Assembly (NCBI GenBank): GCA_965235115.1
Contig: OZ249436.1
Coordinates: 29,018,001-29,082,000 of the forward strand
Origin: Laetmonice hystrix
Taxonomy: Eukaryota
DNA length: 64,000 bases
Direction: 5' to 3'
In this document: piece after piece, positions 1 to 14,272 of the stretch
Layout of the letters: every line of letters starts with the position of its first letter
Position numbering within the stretch: the first letter of the stretch is position 1
The notes under the pieces: generated by a model
Told to the model about the DNA's origin: nothing
Databases searched by the model: none
Seen by the model: the letters and a program-made list of their open reading frames with translations, nothing else
Made by a program: the position numbers and the translations under genes

Positions 1-1032
1 TGTTTCCGGTCTATATAGGCAGGTGCCCAAGCTTTGTGCGAAAGAAAATAGTTTTAATTGATGCACTTTGATTTTTATTCTCCGATTAGCAGCATTCATT
101 TAAAATGTTGGTATACTCCTGACACCATTGATTGAATTTATAAAAATGATCTAATTCAATCGGTAAAAGGAGAGTCAGTCGTTGAGTCTATCCTAATGCG
201 CAAAGAATGCGTATTGATTCATTATTCCGGACCTACTTGCAAAATGGTGAGAAATGGAAATGTAATGCACAATGTGACAGACAACAAGGAATTGGATCTG
301 TGATTACCTCAAACTAAAGGTCGCACCTTTATTTTTACATTGCTGAATAAGGTATGTAAACGTTCCTAATGCTGGTTTTATACAATTTAAATGTATACAT
401 GATCTAATTATGCGAGAATTCCCTTGTAGTTTGGAGAGACCTTGCCATGCCCATGGCCAGTCTCAGTGCACAGTGGTTCGTCTCAGTCAGTCTGTGCCTG
501 TGAAGCCATCGGTAGGATGGCCTGTCAGACGTCTCGTGATGCACACTGAACTGCACACTTCCTTCGTCGTTTCTTGTTGTTGTTGTCTTCCAGGCAATGG
601 GAGTGCTGTGCACCCTGAACATTTGGTTTGGAGTTGATGTTTTTTACCCAGGTTTTATATCTATGTTCCCAGGTCAATATTTTACGGAATATGATCATGA
701 TGGACATCATGGTGGTAAAAACCTGGTTTATTATACTTTATCAATTAAAATTAAATCATGTAAATTAATGACAACAACGTGATGACAAATGTCAATGGAG
801 TAGAACCTAACTAGGCCATCCAAGGCTAAGCAATGCCAATCTGGGGTACGTTCCTCATCTATCGTTATCCTGTTGTGAACTTGTGTGTTAACGATACAAC
901 AAGCTAAAGACATGATGAGGAACACCCCCCTGCCCTGTTAATCTCAAAATACAAAATTAACCTAATAGAACTACTCTTCGCAGGCCTGATCTAAGACTTA
1001 ATTATTAATTAAAAATCGTTCTCGTGAGTCTG

Positions 1033-1302
1033 CAGGGTTTCCGCCAGAGGGTAAAATGGGTAAAATTCCGTACCCTAAAAATCGTTGGGTAACCATTTTT
1101 CCATGAAGTGACAAAAACCTCCTGATGATGCCTTGAGCAACTTGAAGGAATCAAATATAATGTTGTACAGTAGGCCTATATGCAGTCTTTATTTGATTAA
1201 TTCACATATTTGAAACAACAGTTATGGTTAGGGTTAGGCTAACCCTGACCCTAACCCCTCCTCTGGTCCGTACCCTAAATTTTTTTTCTGGCGGAAACCC
1301 TG
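1033..1302. mobile_element. MITE with CAGGG termini (hAT-like, non-autonomous)
   Basis: 16-bp TIRs CAGGGTTTCCGCCAGA / TCTGGCGGAAACCCTG; subterminal CCGTACCCTAAA at both ends; TSD degenerate. Confidence 0.75.
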
Positions 1303-1694
1303 GTCTCGCTTGCGTAACCCGTAGTGCAGTTATGTGAAATTTGCTTGCATAACAGAAAGGTTACACAAATCGGTTACCTTGACAGACTCGTAATGAATGT
1401 CTCCTGTGTGTCACATATCCACCAGAGCGTGTTGAGAAACAAATCACCCCAGAACAGCAACTAGGTGGCGTCGCAGACGGTCAAGCTGCCGTTTTAACAA
1501 AAAAAAACCGGGCAAAGTCAACTTACCAGTATATAGACCTCATTGACAAGTGGTGAGACCTGGCCGAAGGTTTGGTACTCAATTAAACACGTATTTCTTT
1601 CATAGTGTGGACAGATTTTCAGGGCGGCATCAATTCACTAGCACCCCCTGGTGCACTATGGTGCGCTATGTCGGCAAGTGAGCCTTCAGATTGA

Positions 1695-1838
1695 AGTTAC
1701 CTGGGCCCGGTTTACAAACAAAGTCAAGTGAATTTTAATTAACTTGAAATCTATTTTAACCAATCAGATTCAAGTAAAATTGACTTCAAGTCAATTAAAA
1801 TTGACTTGACTTTGTTTGTGAACCGGGCCCAGGTAACT
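1695..1838. mobile_element. Palindromic fold-back MITE (possibly PIF/Harbinger-related)
   Basis: AGTTACCTGGGCCCGGTTTACAAACAAAGTCAAGT... mirrored by ...ACTTGACTTTGTTTGTGAACCGGGCCCAGGTAACT; imperfect arms cover most of the 144 bp. Confidence 0.7.
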
Positions 1839-3158
1839 CAGGGGCTTATGCGACGTAAGTTATGTGACTTATGTCGGATGATTTCATTCATATACAGGTG
1901 GCCACCCAAAACAGTGAGTAGGCTTCAGAGCAAGCCTCCAATGTGAATGCGGGGTTAACTACTGTCTTATCCAATTAATATCAATTTAGGCCTATACATT
2001 GCAGGTGGGGAGGGAGTGGGCAGAGCTGGCTTGTTTCCTGGCTTGCATAGGTTGTCAATCACTGTGAGTGGCAGTAGGCATAGTCTTAGACCAGCATGCA
2101 CAATCTAGGTCTAAGTTTCTTTAGCCCTTGTCGGTCTAGGGCCAAGCAAAGTAGGCCTGGTTGTGGCCCAGCCAGACAACATTTTTGGGCATAGGGTATA
2201 GCCTAGTTCGCCAAACGTTTCACCAAAGCAAGTGGATTCGCCAGATTGGGGATTTGGCGAGGTGGGTAGCACGAACCCTGCAATATGCTGACCTGATTCA
2301 GTCGGCCAAATGGTGAGTCGGCCAACCTTTTATTTGCTTGTCACCAGTAGCTGAACCCCCATGGAAATCTGCCCCTAGTATGTTGTTATCTCCAAAAGGT
2401 TTGGAATCTATATGGACAATTGAATATCCATGGCCACTGCCAAGGGCAGAGGCCAGATAACGATGGTTAGTAGACCTTCGAGCTTTTCCTTGCAATACCA
2501 TTTTGTCTTGTCCTTGTCGGAAAGTATAATTGAAGTGATCAGGTTGATCCTATTTTTCATGAATGAAATGCTCAGGTGAGCAAAAATAGTTAGGCAACCA
2601 AATGTTTTGTTGGATGACCTAGTTTGGCATCTTACTTGCCCAGAGAGGTGATCAAGATGTATTTTGCTAAATTATAAAAAAACACTGCCCTCCCCCATAA
2701 ACATTCAGTTAACAGTGTTATGCGCCCCCACTTTTTAGTTTTAAAAAGTACTTAAAGTGTGAATCCATATTTTGACATAAAGGGCATTGGAAAGTGTGAA
2801 TTAATTAAAGGAGGGCATCATGAAAAATAGCAACTTCATAATGAAGAAGCTTGTAACCTAAAAGCTAAATTCCTAGTGAAAGATCTAGAATAAGTGTGTT
2901 AATTAACCATAACAGACCTATAAATATGATGGAGATGACTCATCTGGGCAGCTCTTTCACCTGTGATGTTGCCATTGGGTCAACAATACTGTGATCAGCT
3001 CACCAGAAGTGGAGCATGGTACAGTGTTGTAAATTTTATGGGTAAATATTTTCTAGCTGAAAGAGAACTACTTGTCTGTGTTCTTTGCCATCACAATCCC
3101 AGGAAAGCTTACTGTTAATTTAAATTCAGTCATTATTTATGTATACCTTTCAAATTGT

Positions 3159-3282
3159 TAGGGCTGGGACAATACATTCTGTTCATGAATGATACGATAT
3201 ATAGATCTCGATATTTGCTCCACAATACAATACGCATCACGATACGGATCTAAATTCCAGTCAAACTCATTTCTGATCAATA
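3159..3282. mobile_element. Left part of a TAGGGCTG-type hAT-like element, interrupted by the next MITE
   Basis: TAGGGCTGGGACAATAC start and CGATA-rich subterminal repeats shared with the element at 26432-26886. Confidence 0.5.
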
Positions 3283-3779
3283 CAGGGCTCTCAAAGTTGG
3301 CAGGAGTAGCAGGGTACAAAAGAGAAAGTAGCAGGGTACAGCCCTTGGGGGGGGGGGGTCTGGGGGCCCTCCCCCAGAAAAAAAATTAAAAAATGTCCCC
3401 CTGAGATACAATTTCCTGGCATCTGAGAGGGGCAATTGGGGGGTCCGGGGGCCCTCCCCCGGAAAAGTTTGAAAAAATACCCCCCTGAGATTGCAATTCC
3501 CTGGTCCCTGGCATCTGAGAGGGATAATTGGGTGGTCCGGGCCCCCCCCTGGAAAAATTTGAAAAAATGCCCCCCCTGAGATGCAATTTCCTGGCATCTG
3601 AGAGGGGCAATTGGTCATCACTGACATCGTAACGCACCGTGTGCGGATCCTACGTGCAGGAAAGTGAAAAAACATCATTATTACAAAGATTTTTTGTCAT
3701 TTAACTAAAAGTAGGCAGCAGCAAAACTGGTTTTAGACGGCGTTTTGCCGCCGCTGACTGGCTACTTTTGAGAGTCCTG
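3283..3779. mobile_element. CAGGG-ended MITE with 6-bp TSD and about three internal ~80-bp tandem units
   Basis: TIRs CAGGGCTCTCAAA / TTTGAGAGTCCTG; flanking TCAATA at 3277-3282 and 3780-3785; internal repeats GGGGTCCGGGGGCCCTCCCCCGGAAAA...CCCCTGAGATGCAATTTCCTGGCATCTGAGAGGG. Confidence 0.8.
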
Positions 3780-5617
3780 TCAATAGTGCACGTATTAAAC
3801 AATAACCATGCCATATCACTCTTTTTCTCTTTGATGTTTGCCCTGAAAGGGTACAAATAATCTTTACTACTTTACTAGGCATAGAAGGGCTAAGTATGTT
3901 TGCCCAGACTCATCCTTTAAATGTTAGGAATATACATGTAATTTTAAAATCCCAATTCACAATGTTGCAGCACTTGCTAATAGGCCATACTGAATAACTG
4001 CTCACTCAACCAAATGTGTTTACATTGAAATTGGTATAGTGGCATTGCTTAAGGGTACAGTAACTGCCCGACATGGTCCTCGTGACCCAAAAACATAATT
4101 TATTTATCCATCACTAGACTTCAGAGATGAAAGTAGATTTATGGGATACCAAGGCCAAGGATGACCAGTGTCAACTTTCAAGGATATGCATTTTGGTATG
4201 TATCCAATTTTTGAGGTCAGCTATGTTAGGGCCTAGACAGTTTCGTCCTTATGCAGTGAGAAAAAGGAAATGGAACCGTATATAATTTTAAAATCTGTCT
4301 GTTGACCCAATGTACCGGTACGTGCCTTGTATGATTGCAAATGATGCCAACCAGTGAGTCTGGATAGCCTTTTACTTAGGGTGGGGCACTCTGCAGATGC
4401 CAAACAATCAGCACAATGACCAAACACTACGGCCGTCTCTACTTTCATTCAAATTAAACTCTGCAGATACAAGGCCTAGGGCCTCATATATAAGTCAATA
4501 CCCTGACATCAGGGCCATGCGATAGTACTCGGGTGGTCTTTAGGCTAGTAGTGGGAGACCACGTCGACAGGGTTAAAGGGTTAGTCTTTTGTACCTGTGG
4601 CAAAGAGCCTGAAGGAGAACAATTTACTGGGGTACCCAATTTATTTCTATCAGACCGCTTAGTCTATGAGTAGGTCACTAGGTGCACAAACATTTAAATG
4701 GTTGCCCCAGGTTTTGAAAAGAAATCTTGAGTTCAGACAGAGTTTATGCATGAAGGTGGAGGTGATGGTTAGTCGTTTAGATTTAGAGAGTCAGAAGGGA
4801 CAGACTCCTGCGAGGAGCAGTTGTAAAACATCTCTGCACATGACAAGTTGACCTGTTTGAACTTACAGACTTGGTCACGTACACGTGTGCTAAGAAGCGT
4901 GAAAATCACCTCACTAGAGACAGGATCCATTGTGGCCTGTAATTATGGTCATCACTACTGAAATTTAGTCTTTCACTGTTGCACGACACTGTGACAAAGG
5001 ATGTATTCACGAGAGCTTGCATGCAATATGTTTGCTATGAGATAAAGATACCGAGTACCCCCGTATATCAGCGTAATGCAGATCTATGTAGCCAGAGAAG
5101 ACTACCTGCTTTCTACTCCTGGCTGAACCCAAGATTTCACTCAAATAAAACGGGGTTACACGGAGCTGTCATGATGACGTAAAGCTAAAAGTCAAAATGC
5201 TCTTTTTCAGCTTGATTTGATGTTGCAGTAGTGTACGTAGTGCCACTGGTACATCTCTGGTTATTAGGCAAGCTTACCATCATCGTTTGGAGGATTAATA
5301 ATTGCACTACCTAAGTTTCTCCATAAATGTTTTCCGAACCAGAGATTTCTAATTGTGGTTATAATCTGAAATTGAACTAACAGCGCCCATTCGACAAGCA
5401 GGTCTGTCTGTTTGTCTGTGTACTGTTACATAGTGTAGTGATAGAGGTAAAGTGCTGAGCACACAGTGCTGTATGTACCATTGCACTTTGTTGCTGCCAG
5501 GTGTTGATGGCTTGTACAGTTGACCATATGTAGATGGGCCAGCTTACCCCAAAGTGTTTGTATTATGGCTTTCAATATGGTGTTAGTAAAACTACAAAAA
5601 GATTTCCGCCAATGTTT

Positions 5618-5908
5618 GAAGCCTGGCAATATGCTCTGCAGAGTCTGATCTCACTGCGCCTCAAGTCATGGTGGTAGTACCTTTTCATACTTTGTCTGTT
5701 TAAAAGTTCCCACCAACATTTCATCACATTACTTGATTTGTATTGTGTACAGGCCTAGTCCACTGGCCCACCCAGCTGGCCGATTTTGATATGGTTGGCC
5801 GTGGTGGACAAAAATCAAGAATACATTGAATGCATTTTTAAAGGTATCTTGTTGTTACCCAGACTTGAGGCAATGAGACGGACTCTGCAGAGCATATTGC
5901 CAGGCTTC
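5618..5908. mobile_element. MITE with long terminal inverted repeats
   Basis: GAAGCCTGGCAATATGCTCTGCAGAGTC...GACTCTGCAGAGCATATTGCCAGGCTTC is a perfect 28-bp IR, extending imperfectly to about 50 bp. Confidence 0.75.
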
Positions 5909-8900
5909 CTGGATTGGCTGATTTAAAGTAAGCATATTATGTTTTAGAGAGATAATATTCGAATACATAAGATTATGTATCAATTGGGGATTTTTTATTT
6001 TAAGGACAATCATACCGTTGTCATGCCCAAATCGGCAGGCAGGCAGGCAGGTGTCGCCGTCTGTTTTTGCCGCTTGTCTGAGGTCTCTGGGAGATTAGAT
6101 GCAGAGTCGTGTGTATTTGTATAGTTCTTGTTAAACTCTCCGAAATATTATCAGGTCTAGATTGAGTCTCACATAATAAAATAACTCCTTTTTTCCTCCA
6201 TCAGTTTTGGTCCACAATTTGTTTATCCAGATTGTCGTTTGTTATTGTTTGGAAGAAAACTGCACCTCCCATCAGCTAGCAGACGACCAGAGGTGCGAGC
6301 TCAAAAGTTCTGCGACATGCGTGAGCTCACTTAGTCAGATTCTGCCTCTAAACAATAGGAAACAATGCACCCGGAGACTGCAGACCGACGGAGAAAACAG
6401 ACTGCGGCACCAGGCCAGTGGACAAGGCCCTTTCAAAACAACATAGAGAACAGATATCCAGAATAGTTTGGACTGAAGACCGGATATTTCCGAGTTCCTT
6501 TATCCTGGTGTAAAGTTATGTAAATATAAATTGATATATTTCAGCAGCTGTACATCTAGGCAAACACCTGGCTCTGGAAGCAGAACGTTTGCCCTCCTCC
6601 TTTGCCCACCTCTTGCAGATAGCAAGTGCTGGTGAGACAAAGGGAATGAGTGGGGTCCAGATGCTCTAGCATTATTGTCAACACAGGCAGAAGTTTGCAA
6701 TTCAAGGGCAGAAAGCATCTGTTGCCCTCAGTGCCTAACAAGACCCCTGCATGTGCATTCCCTGAGCATTGATTGACATTGCAACTCTCTGCCCCTGGTG
6801 TTTTAGTGGTGCCGCAGTCGGCATCCCTACGGGTGGTACAGCCGTGGCCTGCTCCGGACATGTACAGGTGGCAGTGGTAGATAACAAGAGTGTGGTAATG
6901 GACAGGACCACTACGGTTGTCGGTGCTGCCGCACACCTCTGTGCGCACCCATTGTGCCGTTTACGAGTGACTGCATAGGACGGTGGTGCGGAAGCGGTTG
7001 GCGGGAGTAGGTCCCTCGTTTATATTGATCTGCGAGGTGGCCAAGGGTGCAGAGCCCAGGGCAGAGTCCAGCAACAACAGCTCTTGCTGTATGTCATCAG
7101 CCAGTCGCCACCATCGGGAGACTGCTTACAATGAGTGGGACGGAATAGGTGAGTCAGGGCCGCGTGCCCACCTGGCCATGTGCCAGGTCGTGAACATAGA
7201 CACGCACATACTATACAGGGAATATCTATACGTGCAGTGTTCAGTCAAAGGGGGGAAATCATCATCACCTGTTACAGGTAAAGTCGCAGAAATATGTTCC
7301 AAGGTGTACGGTAATACGGAAACGGATGGTGAGGTCATATAACCAGGCAGCCATGTGTACACACTTGACCTCTGATCAGGAGACAGAAATAAGATAACAT
7401 AGGATTGCAGGCAGAATCGGCCTGTGACCAGGAACAACCCTGTGGCCAATCCAGGTGCTAGAGGTAGGGTGGTTTATGTTGACTCCAGAGATCAGGTAGG
7501 TAGGAATTCACCCTAGTGTCTCCTGGGTACCGTCTCCTGGCTTACATCACGTTGTCACCATGCTTGGAAGATGACACACATTATTATAGCCTATAGGCCA
7601 TGTGCATCAGTAGACACAAGCCAAAGCGTGAGGCTTGAGTCCAGCAAAGGTTGGTGCCGTCATTTTTGGCTTGGATTCTAACCTTTGCTTTGTATATAGC
7701 GCCCATGTGCAGTTAGAACGCAGTTACTATCGTGCAATCCTACTGGAGCTAGTGTTGAAGTAAACTTGTCAACGGGAGGTTCAAAACGCTATTAAGGAAG
7801 TCTGCAGGCGGGAATATTTTGTGAGTATTTTCAGGTCAGATGAGATTCGTCATACATTAGTTCTTGCTGAGGTTACTGTGTTGTAGACTGACAGATAAAT
7901 GATTGCCCTGGGGCAATGTAGGTCATGGCCACTGTGTTACAAATAGTCAGTAGGGACTAACAGGACAGGGATGTCCCGTACAGGACACTGGGGTTGGAAT
8001 CAGACGGACAGCCCCTATGCATGCCCCATAATGTCAACATTGAATGCACAGTAGAGGCTGAAAGGTTTAGAATAATGTAGTGCGGATGTCAGCCTGTGGA
8101 TTTGAGTGGTACATTGTAGTAGCAAAATGCACTGGTCAGTATTTGTCATGAAGCATTGCACCAGTTCTTTTTTTTTCTCCCCTGGCCCTGCCAAACCAGT
8201 TTGACTTTGAGGGACATGTAGCGGCCTTGTGCTGTCCGATGTGCCGTGGATGGCTGACCTGATGGTGGTGTTGTGGGACGGGGAGATGGATGCATGGTCT
8301 GATTGCCACTAGGCATGCAGGTCAGGGATCGGCGGCGGCACTGGGAGCTCACCCCCTAGCCCCCTGTCTCCATCCCCGGCACCCCCTTTCTCCTCGTCCC
8401 CGGCGACCCCGACCCACCATCATGGCTTGACTGGCGGCACTCACCCCCTGGACGGCTGTCCTCAGCCTCTGTAGCAGACATCCTCCTGACATGACCTGCT
8501 TCACAGATGATTGGGTCTGTCGAAAGGATCCATGGGAAGGTCCTTGCTACGACCCTCCCATGTTTTGGCTGGATGTGCCTGTCAACGTAATGATAATGAC
8601 AAAGTAATGATATCATATTGCCACTTGTAAACCACTATTGTGCCATCAGGAAAACCTTGTGTGTAATAACTAATATACATGCCAGCTCTGTATTTAACGG
8701 TGCAAGTGCTATCTGGCAGATCATGCGCATTTAAAGGTACCATGTACATTTCAATGATGTCCGGAAATCTGCAAGTGGAAATGGCAGAAGACATGCTGGT
8801 CTCTGGGGTGAATGTTCACTATTCTCTTACTACCTGTCTAAGAACCTATCTCTGAACTCAAATTTGTGCTGTAATTATTGAAATTTTATTGGAACAAAGG

Positions 8901-11900
8901 GGTGCTTTCCTTTGACGTTTGAGCAGAGTGTATTGAAAAATGGAGGCCTTAATGCGGTGATGGACGCTAAAATGTGTAAGTAAAGCGCTGTGATTGTCGT
9001 GAACTACCGGTATGCATCATGACTCCCCACCAAGCTGTCTGCCACACGACTCCTCCCAGGTCGTGAGAAATCCAGGCCCTATAGATGGATTTGCTGCCAC
9101 TGATTGCATCACCATTAATCTTGTGGCTTGTTATGCAATAGTTCAGTTTGTAGCGCTGGGCGTTCAGAGCGTTTCTAGCTCCAAGGTTTAGCTGAGCGCA
9201 CTGGCAATTTGCTGATTGTATAGTGACTTAGTCCAATACAAATGGTTGCCAGACGAATTGTAATGTAAGTCACAGCAAGTGTCATCAGCATTCCTATAGA
9301 CAGTCACATTTGTTATTCTGCTACAGGGCTATGTCACTTTGCCAGCGGAAACGTTTGTTCACAAAAAATTTGTAAAAAGATGTTCTTCTTATTACTTGGA
9401 ATACTTGAGCACAAGAGTTTGGAGAGAATTTGTGTAAAGTAGAGTGATATTCAGAGAAAAAGAAATGGAAGTAAGAGATGTATACCAGACATGGGCGTTT
9501 AGTTCTCGTGGGAAGGTCTACTCCAGACTCGTTAAAAGAACGAGTTTGCATCAGAAGTGTCAGTGTGATGTATGTATTTGAACTGAGATTGGGGCAGATG
9601 GTTGGTGTCCAAGAAGATGTGGAGGGTTCTGGTGGGCTGGACGATAATTCGTAACCATACCAGAGCTGTCCAGGTCCTCGTTGGTCTGTTCATAGCACAG
9701 AAAAGTTTGTTCCCTGATTATTGATCAACTTTAGAGGAGTCGTTGTTGAGTGCACTCAAGATCACGGATCTCGGGAAAGTGCCCACCTTTTGCTCATGCA
9801 TTTAGCTTAAATTTATCATAGAGGGGAGAAAAGAAATCATCTGCTAGATTTCAAGTTAACGTTTATCTCTGAATAGTGTTCCATGAAAACTTTCTGAAAT
9901 AGGTTATTTGTGATCCAAAATAATCTCACCTACCGGGCATATCAAAGACTGCGCCCCCCCCCCTTTTCACACCTCTGAAGGTGTTGTCAGATGATGTAGG
10001 AGGATTAATTAGCATGCATAATGCAGGCAAACCGGGGGGGGGGGGAGGTCAGGGTCATAGTTATTGTTACAGTCCTTTGGTGCCGGGGAACAGTTATGTG
10101 GGTGTGCAAATGGGATCATTAGGACTAATGAATTATGGATTTGACAGGCATGCCTCCCAGGACATGGACACACGCGTCTCTCCCACACTGGCTGACGGTT
10201 GGAGAAGAAGTACCCTGGTGTTAGCAGCCAATGGCTGAACAGCCGACGCGTTACCATGACACACCGGATGTTTCCTCATGCAGCCATCAAGGAAAATGAG
10301 CCGAAATCGAGCATTTAGATGATTCACAAAATAGACAAGGTCGTTCTAATGGATGAGGAGGCAAATTCTCAGGGTCCCGTAATTTATATCACATGAACAA
10401 ATTGTGGAACAGCTTAATATTTAAATCATTTTGAAAGAGAACGGTAGCAAATGCTGCTATTCCGTATGGCTATTAATTCCAACTTTTATGAAGAAAAATC
10501 GACCTAAAACAGGATAATTTTAGACTTTTAGTTTTAGAGGTGATTAACCAGTATGCCTTATGGTACATGGAACTTGAAACTGTGTGTGTAGGACCATCCT
10601 AGGGCCATTTTTATTCTGACTGGATTAGCGTATAGGACTATAGCATGGTTGGAGAACATTCAGTTACTGAACACTGGTTTTCAATAAATCAAGGGTGTCT
10701 GTTGTTAATCTGTAGTCATCCATTTTAATAAATAATTTCTCACACTTGGTGTATAATAGGTTCATATCATTGATCAGCGTGATGTCTGGAGACCATTTAG
10801 CATTAGATTCGAAAGATTCCAATTTGGCGTAATTTGTAAGAGGGTCTTGATACTGTATGACGTCGGAAATTGGGTGAATGTGGATGACGTAGTTCTTCAT
10901 TAGCTTACCATCATTATTGTGCCGTCAATTTTTTTAAATTATATAAATATTTTCTGCTCCAAGGACAATGTTGCTGGGTCAGGGAAAATCTTTTAAAAGA
11001 CCGCTTGCAGAGTACTTGGAGCTCGAAAGGTTAACATAGAACATATAAATAAGAGGTTTTGCATGTTCTTTAAAATTATAACAATACCAGTAAATTCTAA
11101 TCCTTATATTATCTGCCATGTATCACCTAAGGATAGTTAGAAAATAATGGACATCATGCATTTCAGTACCATATTTCAAATGGAATGCATTTCAAGGTGC
11201 AATTTCGAGACAGCTTTGTCTTGAAATAATGACACAGACTATAGGGAAAGACATGTAGCACAGTTCTCATTACCAGCGTATTATATTGCCTAAGAAGTGC
11301 TGGACCCCGTAATGATCACATCAAGAGATGATTTCAGACTGACCCTAACGGCACACATTTCCTGAGTCTTCGGCTTTCGAGAAGTCTGAGGCAGGATTCC
11401 ACACTGGTTGGTACTTGTTATAAATTGGCTCCACAGATGGGAGAGACTCGCTTTAGAGACAGGCAGGCAGTGTCCTACAGAAAAAGTTGATCAGATGTGA
11501 GAGAATACAAGATGAATGTTGCAAAGGCTCTTAGTGCCTCTGTCTTGGCATAAAATCTTGGGAGGTTGTGCTGCTCGTCTCCTTGTGGATTTCTTTGACG
11601 GCAAAGCAAATATCAAAAGGTGAAAGGTGCTTGCATGAAAGTGTTTCATTGAAGGTTTGATGTCTTGGAAACGAAAGCAAGAAGTCGGCTTGTGTTTGAT
11701 AATCAGTATTTTGACCAAACTGATTATTTTGCTTAATTATGAGCCAGTACCCCAAGATTTTCTATTGTTAGACCTTCCTATATATTGAGTATGTAAATCT
11801 TTCAATGAGAAAAGGGACTGAACAATATCTTGAGTTCCTGTTGTCTATTACAGGGGTTAGTTAGGGTTTTTTCTCATTTGAAACTGGAGAGGGTCATTTG

Positions 11901-12078
11901 AAACTTCAGATGACCAGAGAGTATGTTGAATTGGGGGGGGGGTCACTTGAAACTGTTACACCGGTTCTCAATCTTGCCGACCGGTTTGTGGTGGACCGGG
12001 CACCAGTAGAAAATCTTCATGAAGTTGATGTCACTGTGGTGAGAGCATTCATCGCCTCTTTGATGACATTGAGAGTAC

Positions 12079-12217
12079 GTAGGTGTGCTATGAAAAAGTG
12101 CAGCCATGAAATAGTGGACTATCTGTACTATTTCATTGCCGCACTAGTATGCTCCGCTTAGCTCCGCTGCAGCACTATTTCATAGTGTGCCCTATTTCAT
12201 AGTACACCAGCACCTAC
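12079..12217. mobile_element. Short palindromic MITE-like repeat
   Basis: GTAGGTGTGCTATGAAA ... TTTCATAGTACACCAGCACCTAC with internal ATGAAATAGTG / CACTATTTCAT repeats. Confidence 0.55.
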
Positions 12218-12540
12218 TGCCTTGGGAAAAGAAACCATTCTGGCTATCTGGAATAGAAAGAAGTTATGGAAAGAGACTGCTATTTTAATGTTAGAGTTAA
12301 GCTTTGAAAAAAAGAAGCAAAAAGACATGAATCCACATGTACTTCAACGAACGATACAGGAACGATACAAAATGACATAAAATGGGCTCCAAATTGTGGT
12401 AATCTCACCATAGTTATTTTTGACAACAATTTCTTTTTTGCATGTTGTCTTAGAATTCTCTACAAATTTAAGAGGTGGTTCTATTGGTAAAAACGGATTT
12501 TTCACGTGAAATGACCTGATTGAGGACTTTTACATGTGAA

Positions 12541-12689
12541 TAGGGTTTCAGTGGGGATGTCAACGTTTGGGGACTTTTTTGGGGATTTACCCAGGGATCT
12601 GTGTTAGTGAGTCGGGGCCCTGAATGCTACGATCCCCACCAAGTCGCTTCAGGTCCCCTTCAAGAAGTCAAATCCTGGAGGAAACCTTG
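12541..12689. mobile_element. Degenerate (C/T)AGGGTTTC-type MITE
   Basis: TAGGGTTTC ... GAAACCTTG ends and TGGGGA subterminal repeats; no TSD seen. Confidence 0.35.
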
Positions 12690-14272
12690 TTATTGGATGT
12701 GATGCTGTAAGATAATATAAAATCTGTTAAAGAATAAACAATAACATCAAGTATCTGCTAGGATTTTACCCCATTCCACATACGACAGGACTTTTATGTG
12801 GGCGGTGGATGCAGTCATATAGTCCGACTCCAAGGTAAGGAGTCAAAGCAAGGAGTCAAAGTTGCCAGAAAGCGTGAGCAGACTGGCCAGTAGCTTGCTC
12901 CTAAGGTCGGTTGTACTCATTCCTCTGCAGTCAGTCATCTGCCACTTCATTGTTTAAAATTTGATTCTCTCCTAGAGTGCTTCCTGGTCATTGGTTGACT
13001 TTAATTGTGACCAAAACGTGAGCTTTAAAGGTACATGTAATTTGTGACAATTTGTCTGACAACCACCGGTATCCTATGTGCGGATAGAACTCAGATAGAA
13101 CCCTATTGTTTTAACGTTTTGCAGGTTTGATTGATGTTTGATTAAACATACATGGGTTATGTATACCAGTCATGTAAATATCAGTAGTGTTGTTTCCAAG
13201 ATAGCTGTGAAGTATTGTTAGCAATCTAGGGGCCAAGCTTTGTGTGTTTTAGCAATCTTTTGGGAGGTCAAGCAATGTATACTTTAACTTAAAGTTGAAA
13301 TGACACCTCTGTGTTGAGATTAACTTTGTGTACCAAATGTGTATATTTTTGTGGTAAACTCCTTTCGTATTAGAGACAAAAAAGGGCACCAGTCTGAAAA
13401 GAATAGAATCTTCAATCTCTGGATAGAAATGATGTTTGAGGTTGTAAAAGCATTTTTGATTACCGTGATAATTTAAGGAATTAAATTGGAGAATTAAATT
13501 ATTTGGTTCATTTTGTTTTTTACCGGAAATCAAATCTTAGAATTTAGGATTGTCTAGAAGATGAACTGAGAGGAGTCGGTATGTAATGCTAATGAAAATG
13601 TACAGGGAAAATAGAAGATGTGGTCCTCCCCGTTGTGGATTCTTGTCCTGTGAAAGTATTCCCATCCCATCGTGAACTCTGTCCACTGGTCGATAAACAC
13701 TGGACGCCAGTGTGGTGAAAACAATAGGTGTAATATGTCCTGATGTAAGGTCATGACATAGCAAATCAATCCTGGCAGAGGGTGGACTTCAGCTGGCAAA
13801 ACAGTGCAAAACACACAGAGTTGTGTATTTGGAAGACCTGTGTGTGTGGGGGGTGAATGCACTATCAGTTATTATTACACACTACCACTATTTACATTCT
13901 AATAATGACAAGGGGTACGACAGAACCCCCCCAACCCCCAACCCCCACCACCACACTCTCTTCCATTCTCATAGTGACCAGGGGTCCGACGCCGGTCCAC
14001 TCCGACTGTGAAGGTGATGTCACCTGTTACGTGAACCGCCTATAAATAGTTCTATTCATAGCCATCAAGAGAACATAATCTTAACACAGTATCATATAAA
14101 TATAGACATATCCAAGGATGATTTCTATCGAGAGGGTTCATCTGAAGCCAGACATGCCTCAAGCATTTTTTAGAACAATGGCAACAATAGAAGAGGAGAA
14201 AACGGAAACCGCGGTTCACATACCTGGCAAAATATGTGTACATGTTGAATTGATTATTTGGATTAATGCCTG

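Noticed and set aside
3277..3678. 133-aa repetitive ORF
   Set aside because: Translation of the MITE's internal tandem repeat
6556..6948. Minus ORF with CTTRRDADCGTTKTPGAESCNVNQC resembling an ADAMTS thrombospondin repeat
   Set aside because: No WxxW/CSxxC motif, no supporting exons or splice structure; likely chance
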